Virus record (IMG/VR): IMGVR_UViG_3300029267_004181 | Direction: 5' to 3' (one strand) | Length of the DNA: 64,000 bases | Source: an uncultured virus (IMG/VR IMGVR_UViG_3300029267_004181) | Taxonomy: Duplodnaviria; Heunggongvirae; Uroviricota; Caudoviricetes | Part shown: in pieces, positions 1 through 5,985 of the stretch | Layout: each line of letters starts with the position of its first letter | Position numbering within the stretch: the stretch's first letter is position 1 | Notes under the pieces: generated by a model | Database searches by the model: none | The model's input: the letters and a program-made list of their open reading frames with translations, nothing else | Told to the model about the DNA's origin: nothing | Made by a program: the position numbers and the translations under genes

Positions 1-180
1 GCCGCTTCCTTGTTTTCATAATCTACCTCTTCCAGACTAATCAAAACACACCATTTGTCGTCATGTGCATTATGCCAAACAGCCGCAGACAGCCCGACAA
101 ATACAGAACGCTCGTCTCTGATCACCTGACGATTGTACCCTTCGTACTGACTTTCCGTCCGGTTCCAGCCGGTATCAGCA

Positions 181-1146
181 TCAGTCAGCAGATTTGTCAC
201 GACTGGCCTCCTTTGTCTTGAGAGACGACAAGCCAAAGTGCTCTCCAAAAATACCCATTAACAAGCCCTCGATCTCCAGATGCGCCGGCGCATGTCGTAG
301 TAGGCTTGTTTCGTACAGGCCGGCAAGCTTAGCATCCATTTCCTCGGCATACGACGTTATCTGTTCGTACGTCCAGGCACCGTTGAGGATGCTTTTCAGT
401 TCCTTAGCGTCCCTGCCGCGCCGGTCTACAATCACTTCTCCGGTAGACAGAATCTCTTCGCCCATACGAAGCAACCTGACCAGGTGCATAGCATGCTTGA
501 GATCCAGGCCGTGAGCCTTTTCTATCTTTAGCCTGGCTAGATTTCGCTCACGCAACCAGCGCTCATAGCTCTTCCACTCCTTCTGCGCCGCGCTGTACGC
601 AAGCTCTAAACGCACCAGTTCTCGTTTATCCTCACTAACCAGCTCTCTCGGCAGTACACGGAGGGCCTGCAGGTGGTCCTCGTTGAATTCTCTGGTGTGC
701 GGAGGAAGCCCCATCCCAGCTCGATCTGGCTTAGTTGGAGGACACTCCAGCCACCTGCGCCTGTCCTTGATTCTTTTCAGCTGAGAAAACGCGTACCCGG
801 AGAACGTGTGCCGGGCTTTCTTGCTCAAGAACAGATGCCGGTTGTCGATCATCACCTGCCAGAACGGATGGCAGAAGTGTACATATTCCTGCGGAGTATA
901 CAGCAGCTCTATCATATTGGGATTGCACGCAGCTACCAGTTTCACAGCCTTGTCGATAGAGTACAGAACCCTATCCGGATTCTTGGTTTCCAGCTGCTCA
1001 AATCTTTGAGTTCCAAAATACACCTGTATGGGAGGAATCACCACTCCTCGTATATCCGTATCACTAGCAGGAGTATCGGTTCCGTACAGCTTGCTACCCG
1101 CAACAGCCTCAAAAACCAAAAACAGCTTGTCTTCAGTAAGCCGCAT
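181..1146 (-). CDS. RlaP-like DNA polymerase beta superfamily nucleotidyltransferase (RNA-repair associated), 321 aa
   Basis: GS-x-x-YG...SD-x-D-x-RGV nucleotidyltransferase motif (GSKLYGTDTPASDTDIRGV), NPN-x-x-ELL, F-x-GYA-x-x-Q and K-x-AMHL-x-RLL-x-MG motifs typical of this family. Start set at ATG 1146 (MRLTEDK), preceded by CAGGAG, rather than the ORF-track start at 1485. Confidence 0.88.
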   Translation of the reverse strand: MRLTEDKLFLVFEAVAGSKLYGTDTPASDTDIRGVVIPPIQVYFGTQRFEQLETKNPDRVLYSIDKAVKLVAACNPNMIELLYTPQEYVHFCHPFWQVMIDNRHLFLSKKARHTFSGYAFSQLKRIKDRRRWLECPPTKPDRAGMGLPPHTREFNEDHLQALRVLPRELVSEDKRELVRLELAYSAAQKEWKSYERWLRERNLARLKIEKAHGLDLKHAMHLVRLLRMGEEILSTGEVIVDRRGRDAKELKSILNGAWTYEQITSYAEEMDAKLAGLYETSLLRHAPAHLEIEGLLMGIFGEHFGLSSLKTKEASRDKSAD

Positions 1147-1170
1147 GACAATCTCCTGCAAATGAGAGAT

Positions 1171-1284
1171 GAACAGACGACTGGCCCTTCTACTCCTTTC
1201 GGATCCGGGATCGGTTCCAGCGACGCTGGCCAAATTCTCAGGCTCAGCCCTTGCTAGCAATGAAACCGTCGCAGTCGCCTGTTC
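1171..1284 (-). ncRNA. Candidate structured RNA domain
   Basis: 13-bp closing stem GAACAGGCGACUG/CAGUCGUCUGUUC and inner stem CGGUUUCA/UGGAACCG, each with a G-U pair only on the minus strand. Also a UCC-GAAA-GGA tetraloop hairpin. Confidence 0.55.
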
Positions 1285-1302
1285 TGAAAGACACAAAGCA
1301 AA

Positions 1303-1432
1303 CAACTGGTGGACAACCAGCCGGATTTCCTGTACCGGCCTGGGGATTACCAGTGGAGGCTTGGCATAGCAAGACGGGAAGAAACATCCAAGGTACCTCC
1401 GGTGCGCCGGAGCCGTGATCATCCACCAGTTG
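1303..1432 (-). ncRNA. Candidate structured multibranch RNA domain
   Basis: 11-bp perfect closing stem CAACUGGUGGA/UCCACCAGUUG, extended by UGAUCA/UGGUUG (three G-U pairs, minus strand only). Four inner hairpins: CUCCGG/CCGGAG, CUUGG/CCAAG, CUGG/CCAG, GCCGG/CCGGC. Confidence 0.6.
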
Positions 1433-1442
1433 AAAGCAAAAT

Positions 1443-2309
1443 CTATGTAGACGACTGCTCCGCTGCTGCAAGCTTCTGCTGCCACTCGCGAGGGAAGCCG
1501 TCGAACTTTATCTTGAACGCATACCTTTGTACGCTGTTATCGTCTTTTTTGACGTAGGCCGATACTCTGCGCTCACATGCAGGCAGAACGCAATACTCGG
1601 AATCGACTTTCTTTATTACCACACCTTCACGAGTATACTTGTCTGATATATCAGATAGTCCCAGATTGACGAGCCAGTTGAAAGCCTCTCTCGGATTCAA
1701 CAGCTGCTCGCCTTTCACGCCGCCTAGATGCGGAACGGCGTGCTCGCGGACCGAATCGTAGCCAAGCCTCAAGAATCCTTGCCCTGTTTGCCTCCAGCGT
1801 TGAATATCGTTCGGAGCAGAGGGCCAATCTGGCCGGGGACACACCCGCCAGTCGAACGTACGCAGCTCTCTCCGCATTCCACGATAACGTTTTCCTATCC
1901 TATCTCCTAGAACTTCGCCAAACGCCACTACTACGGTTCGATGCATACCGTTATGCTGCAGCGCGAACTCTAGCGAGCTAAGCAGATCTGGCAAATACGG
2001 CTTAACCGTCTCCAGGATATTATCCTTGTCCCAGCACAACACGTCCTCGCTGTATTGAAGAAGCTCGTTTCTATTTCCTATAAACCAGCCCTGATTCGTG
2101 TAGATAATACGTACGTTCGTTCCATCCAGCTTCTCAGTGACTTCGAAGCTGGTGCGACTGAACTCGTCGCGCGCATCGTCGGCAACGATCAGGTCGCCGA
2201 TGAAGTACGGCTTTTTACCCTCCTGCACCGGCGACCAGGGCCGGTAAATGGAAGGGTACTTGGTAAGACTGTTGAGCTTCTCGAGCTCATCGTCAGTCCA
2301 GTATTTCAT
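1443..2309 (-). CDS. ATP-dependent RNA ligase, Rnl2-like adenylyltransferase domain, 288 aa
   Basis: Ligase motifs I (VTEKLDGTN), III (FGEVLG), IIIa (FD), IV (EGVVIK) and V (FKIK), plus N-terminal KYPSI. Purine-rich RBS upstream. Confidence 0.88.
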   Translation of the reverse strand: MKYWTDDELEKLNSLTKYPSIYRPWSPVQEGKKPYFIGDLIVADDARDEFSRTSFEVTEKLDGTNVRIIYTNQGWFIGNRNELLQYSEDVLCWDKDNILETVKPYLPDLLSSLEFALQHNGMHRTVVVAFGEVLGDRIGKRYRGMRRELRTFDWRVCPRPDWPSAPNDIQRWRQTGQGFLRLGYDSVREHAVPHLGGVKGEQLLNPREAFNWLVNLGLSDISDKYTREGVVIKKVDSEYCVLPACERRVSAYVKKDDNSVQRYAFKIKFDGFPREWQQKLAAAEQSST

Positions 2310-2347
2310 GCCTTCTCCCTGTGAATGACGCCTGAATCAGAAAAGAA

Positions 2348-2760
2348 AGCTCTGGCGTGTTCTTACTTCATGTAGGATCTCATCCTATGAATACGCCAGA
2401 GCTGAACTGGAAATACAATCCGGACTCGGCCCTGTCCCAAGCTGTAAAGATAGAAAGGCCGGCGGGGAGGACAATGCGCGAATCATACTGACGACGAGAG
2501 CTACGCGTTGCCCGGATGGTCGGCAGCAGATCGCCAGAGTCGATCGTATTTCTGTGAACGCCACATTGTCGTCTGGAACTCCCCGCCGCAAGTTGATGGA
2601 CGGCTGGCCGGAGCTTGCGACCTAGCCCGGCTCTGAGTCCTCTCTGCGCCGGTCTTCCGGCTTCCGCTTGCTAGCCAAACGGAGGGTATAGAATCTGAAA
2701 GTGCCCTCACTATCCAGGAGCTAGGAGAAGTCGTATCGCGCCGTAGCCGTTGGCGGCCTC
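2348..2760 (+). ncRNA. Candidate structured RNA, apparently plus-strand
   Basis: Consecutive stems: 2348-2362/2389-2403 (15 bp); 2461-2469/2579-2587 (9 bp) with GACAAUG/CAUUGUC inside; GCAAGUU/AGCUUGC; CCUAGC/GCUAGG; GAGGGUAU/GUGCCCUC; GCCGU/GCGGC. The non-Watson-Crick positions I found read as G-U on the plus strand. Boundaries are approximate. Confidence 0.45.
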
Positions 2761-2860
2761 CCGAATCCCTAGGGTAGCTACTAACACCAGTTTCACCCGC
2801 AGCATGAGTCAAATCGCAGCCACAGCTGCCCACCCAGACTGCTTTGCCAATATGCGCAAC

Positions 2861-2930
2861 TACAACGGACAAGTAATGGATAGTCTTTTCGTGTTTTCAA
2901 AACATGTAGACTATCCGGCATTCCGTTGCA
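2861..2930 (-). ncRNA. Short Y-RNA-like unit 4 of array (Ro-binding module without tRNA domain)
   Basis: UGCAAC GGAAUG CC GGAUAGUC UACAUG UUUUGAAAACACGAAAA GACUAUCC AUUA CUUGUCC GUUGUA. Same scaffold as the adjacent YrlA. Confidence 0.85.
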
Positions 2931-2937
2931 ATATGAA

Positions 2938-3003
2938 GACGGGACAAGTGGTTGCGCAGTCATGTCGATGGTATCAGCATGTAGACTGCACAGCATTCCC
3001 GTC
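2938..3003 (-). ncRNA. Short Y-RNA-like unit 3 of array
   Basis: GACG GGAAUG CU GUGCAGUC UACAUG CUGAUACCAUCGACAU GACUGCGC AACCA CUUGUCC CGUC. Confidence 0.85.
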
Positions 3004-3019
3004 AGAGCCTTCCGATCAA

Positions 3020-3087
3020 ACTGGACGAGTAGTTGCCTGGTGGGTATTGGCCGTTGTTGTGCCATGTACGCCAGGCTGCATTCCAGT
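3020..3087 (-). ncRNA. Short Y-RNA-like unit 2 of array
   Basis: ACU GGAAUG CA GCCUGGCG UACAUG GCACAACAACGGCCAAUACC CACCAGGC AACUA CUCGUCC AGU. The outer stem can extend via CGAUC/GAUCG (3094-3090/3017-3013). Confidence 0.82.
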
Positions 3088-3110
3088 ACGATCGTGGAGG
3101 AGATGACGTG

Positions 3111-3180
3111 TGGCAGGACAAGTGGTTGCTCAGTCAGTTGCAGTATCAAGTAGCATGTAAACCGAGCCGCATTCCTGCCA
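3111..3180 (-). ncRNA. Short Y-RNA-like unit 1 of array
   Basis: UGGCA GGAAUG CG GCUCGGUU UACAUG CUACUUGAUACUGCAACU GACUGAGC AACCA CUUGUCC UGCCA. Confidence 0.85.
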
Positions 3181-3188
3181 AGATGAGA

Positions 3189-3218
3189 CCGCAACGAACA
3201 AGCGTCATTTCGTTACGG
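3189..3218 (-). ncRNA. Minimal 30-nt Y-like hairpin (outer stem and conserved motif only)
   Basis: CCGUAAC GAAAUG ACG CUUGUUC GUUGCGG. GGAAUG/CUUGUCC is changed to GAAAUG/CUUGUUC, a compensatory G-C to A-U substitution. Confidence 0.65.
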
Positions 3219-3228
3219 CTGAAAACGA

Positions 3229-3368
3229 TGAAGTGGACAAGAAGCGCGTGGTCACTTTCCGTATTCTACCAATTGAACTACCGCCCCGAGTTGGTGGCAG
3301 GGCGGACCGGACTCGAACCGGCAACCGCGGGCTTACAAAGCATGTAGACCACACTGCATTCCACTTCA
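3229..3368 (-). ncRNA. yrlA: YrlA-type Y RNA with circularly permuted tRNA-like domain
   Basis: Begins 4 nt after the Ro60 stop codon. Terminal stem UGAAGUGG/CCACUUCA, then 8-bp stem GUGUGGUC/GACCACGC. T arm GCCGG-UUCGAGU-CCGGU precedes acceptor stem CCGCCCU/GGGGCGG (closed by a loop), followed by D arm GUUC-AAUUGGUA-GAAU. The T-acceptor-D order is diagnostic of YrlA. Confidence 0.93.
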
Positions 3369-3372
3369 ATGC

Positions 3373-4947
3373 CTACTGTCCGTCTATTGTAATCGCATCA
3401 ATCTCCTGAAGCCAGAGATTAGGATCATCCGGATTCTGACCGTGCTCCAGAAAATCAACGATTACAGACCAGAGCTGATTGCTCCAGCCGCCCAGATTCA
3501 GGACATCAGCTTCGTCCGCTGCCTGGGTACTAGTGTCAGGCTGAAGATCCAAGCACACCATGCGCAGATGTGGAACCTTCTGCTGCAGCTGGCGGAAACA
3601 CCGCATTGTTTTGGTAGCGGCTGAGGAGCCACGCGAATCCGCCCAGGACTCGTTGTCACTGAGCAGAATAACATGATCTGGCTCGAAACCAGTGTCCAAC
3701 GCCCAAGCCAGGGGAATCGAAACTGACGTTCCTCCGCCTCCCCGCTGACTAAGCTGCTCAGCAGTAGTCAAAATCGGATTCATGCGGTCGATCCGTATAT
3801 CGTACCGCTTCGTGTCGAACGGAATCACTTGTGCGTCAGGATTCCGCTTCGCCACGACAGCGGCCAGCAAGCAAGCCACGTCGGTGCAACAAAGCTTACC
3901 GGTTGCCGAACCCCGCCAACCTGTAACCGGGGAGCCCATCGAGCCAGACACGTCCACACCCAGCAACACCTTTCCAGCTGGAACTTTCACATACGCAGTT
4001 ACGTATTCCATAGCGGCGTGCAGCGCATCCAAAATCGGCTGTGGAGCGGTTATGCCGAACTTGTACGCCGACACCAGCTCGTGAGGAAACGGCTTGAGCT
4101 TGCTGATCGTCTCTTCGTCGGCAATCTTTTGAGCAAGAATCTCAACCGTTTCAGGATCATCCAGAACCTGATGACGATGAAACGTGTTGAGCTGCTTGAC
4201 AGCTTGCCGCCAACCGGCACGACGAGCTATGAGCTTCCAGTGCTCAGGCTTGAGATCCAGCGCTGTCAACAGCTCCCAGCGAACGTTTGGCAGCTCCTCT
4301 GTCTCGCCGGCCTTGAAGGCCTCGTACGCTCTGACAACGTCTGGCACGCCTTCTTTGCCGATGATATAGCCGTACAGCGCCTCTCGCTCGGCATTCGCCG
4401 GCTTGGGATGCACCATCTTGATGATGTCGGCTATGCTCACGCCGCCGGCGGACTTGCCACCTACAGCGTCACCAAACAGCTGATACTCAGACCGGCTATC
4501 AAGCCACTGTCTGATACATCGCTTGAGCACGCGGCCAAAGCTCTTACGACCAACGACATCCGATCTGAGAATCTGACAGAAGCCGCGCAACATGCGGCTG
4601 TTATGTACTATCCTTGGAAACACGGTTTCCGTCAGTGCGATATCACAGGTGCTGAGGTACGCTAGTAGCAAAGCAGGCATGTCCTTCATGCCATGCTCTG
4701 CCGCGTAGATCGCGCACTTGGCAATCCAGCCGGCTTCGCACTTTGCGGCCGTGTTCAGCGCCTCTTTCAGGCCGTCTTGACCTGATTTGTAGTACGAACC
4801 ACCACCCGGCAGAGTGCCGGTTACAGCCAACTGCGCAAGCGCGTGACGCACCGTGAACGCATACGCAGTACCGCCTGCTTCGTTGACTGTATCAGTCCTG
4901 GGAATATGCTTCCCAGGAGCAGACGAAAACAACTTCTTGTCTGGCAT
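3373..4947 (-). CDS. rsr: Ro60 / TROVE-vWA RNA-binding protein (Rsr), 524 aa
   Basis: N-x-AGG-x-AY, LAQLA-x-TG, MKDMPALLLA, RMLR-x-F-x-QI-x-RS-x-x-VGRKS-x-G and ADIIKMVHPKP motifs. C-terminal vWA MIDAS elements VDVSGSM, GGGT and LSDNESW. Confidence 0.96.
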   Translation of the reverse strand: MPDKKLFSSAPGKHIPRTDTVNEAGGTAYAFTVRHALAQLAVTGTLPGGGSYYKSGQDGLKEALNTAAKCEAGWIAKCAIYAAEHGMKDMPALLLAYLSTCDIALTETVFPRIVHNSRMLRGFCQILRSDVVGRKSFGRVLKRCIRQWLDSRSEYQLFGDAVGGKSAGGVSIADIIKMVHPKPANAEREALYGYIIGKEGVPDVVRAYEAFKAGETEELPNVRWELLTALDLKPEHWKLIARRAGWRQAVKQLNTFHRHQVLDDPETVEILAQKIADEETISKLKPFPHELVSAYKFGITAPQPILDALHAAMEYVTAYVKVPAGKVLLGVDVSGSMGSPVTGWRGSATGKLCCTDVACLLAAVVAKRNPDAQVIPFDTKRYDIRIDRMNPILTTAEQLSQRGGGGTSVSIPLAWALDTGFEPDHVILLSDNESWADSRGSSAATKTMRCFRQLQQKVPHLRMVCLDLQPDTSTQAADEADVLNLGGWSNQLWSVIVDFLEHGQNPDDPNLWLQEIDAITIDGQ

Positions 4948-5246
4948 TTCACGTCCTCCCTTCCTTTTTTAACGGCAGACTCGGCCACTTCCCACTTGAC
5001 GGTTCCTTGTAAACCACCAAGGAACAGATTCTCAGACCCAACGAGCTCACCGCTATCGCCGAGCTTGAGAGCGGCCTTCTCCGGCTCCCCGCCGTGATAA
5101 TCATACCCACGATGGTAATCAGCGCGCCGCTCAATTTCGCCGCAGGCTTCGCTTAACAAGGAGAGGAGCACGCAGGTATTTACCTGATCAGTACGACCTG
5201 GTACTATCAGATCGCCTTCCACTTCCACTTCCATGATGAACTTCAT
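4821..5246 (-). CDS. Hypothetical protein upstream of rsr (3' end overlaps rsr by about 127 nt)
   Basis: Strong RBS AGGAAGGAGG before ATG 5246 (MKFIMEVEV). The true 3' end is uncertain. Confidence 0.6.
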   Translation of the reverse strand: MKFIMEVEVEGDLIVPGRTDQVNTCVLLSLLSEACGEIERRADYHRGYDYHGGEPEKAALKLGDSGELVGSENLFLGGLQGTVKWEVAESAVKKGREDVKCQTRSCFRLLLGSIFPGLIQSTKQAVLRMRSRCVTRLRSWL

Positions 5247-5261
5247 CTTCTCCTCCTTCCT

Positions 5262-5917
5262 AAAAAATGTAGAGCAGCTTGAGCTCCAGGCTCTTAAATT
5301 GCAACCCGTACCGCTAATGGCGATCCACATATCGCCATACCCAGCGGGCAGTGGAAGCCAAGCCCTTCTGCGCCCAAGCTGCTCTACAACACGAAAGACC
5401 TTGGAATGGCAGATATTCAATTTTGATCCGCCACCTGAGAGCTAGGCCTCTCAGCTCGCATTGTCTCACCTAGAAACAATCCGAGACCAAAGCCTTTCAT
5501 GGACTGTTCCGACAGATGCTGAGATTCCGACCTGGCCAGATGCTCTGAACAGCCTGCGCTGGCTGATCAGCAGTCTGGGCACCGTGTACGCCTCGGGAGA
5601 GCCCGATATTTAACCCAGGCTGGTGCATAGGTACTCAGCGGCCTCTGTTACCGGCTGACGTTGACGCCAGCCTTCTGCCGGACAGCTTCAACCGAGGTTC
5701 CAGCGCGCTCGCGTATCATGGCCGGACTCACTTCTGCTGGCGCGCTGGAACCACCAAACTGAAATCCAGACATATTCTGCCCGTGTGGCCAGCTCATAGA
5801 GGGTGATATATATGCCTGGAATCAAGTTGTGCTCCAGCACGCTCAGGGGCAGTAACATGTCATCGGCGGGAATGGTAGTGCCGGAGCTGATTATAGCCGC
5901 AGTCCTCACACAACTTG
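5262..5917 (-). ncRNA. Candidate large structured RNA, or cluster of six closed RNA domains
   Basis: Back-to-back closed domains: 5823-5917, 5765-5820, 5696-5752, 5504-5685, 5391-5500 and 5268-5388, the last followed by U6. Closing stems are 9-17 bp, with G-U pairs consistently on the minus strand. No credible ORF. Confidence 0.65.
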
Positions 5918-5985
5918 TTTTCGCCCATCCGTCCCGTGTGTCCAGGCGGGTTCAGTCATCGCCGTACTGTTTGGCTCCTCAGCCA

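Noticed and set aside
1..19. Start of a further minus-strand gene (AGAGGT RBS, MKTRKR...)
   Set aside because: Only six codons fall inside the window, too little to call.
1147..1485. N-terminal 113-aa extension of the nucleotidyltransferase ORF
   Set aside because: It overlaps the ligase 3' end, a good RBS and ATG exist at 1146 just before the catalytic motif, and the region is better explained by RNA structure.
2486..2580. Hammerhead ribozyme (CTGACGA on the plus strand; CAGACGA...GAAA on the minus strand)
   Set aside because: The plus strand lacks the downstream GAAA. The minus-strand core is not CUGANGA and the required stems do not assemble.
3258..3340. Canonical tRNA gene
   Set aside because: The T arm and acceptor 3' strand come before the acceptor 5' strand and D arm. 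This permuted order, nested in a Y-RNA stem, indicates YrlA rather than a tRNA.
2385..3347. ORFs 2385-2591, 2501-2872, 2750-3106, 2793-3194, 2926-3153 and 3033-3347
   Set aside because: They have no RBS or protein-like features and overlap the Y-RNA array or strong RNA stems.
2861..3368. CRISPR array interpretation of the regularly spaced repeats
   Set aside because: The repeats are not near-identical direct repeats. Only short motifs are conserved, the stems covary, the variable part lies inside each hairpin, and no cas genes are present.
5262..5917. Identification as SRP RNA, 6S RNA, tmRNA or RNase P RNA
   Set aside because: I could not find the SRP GGAA tetraloop with its symmetric loop, tmRNA tRNA-like ends, or the RNase P GAGGAAAGUCC motif. 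The 5268-5388 rod is short for 6S.
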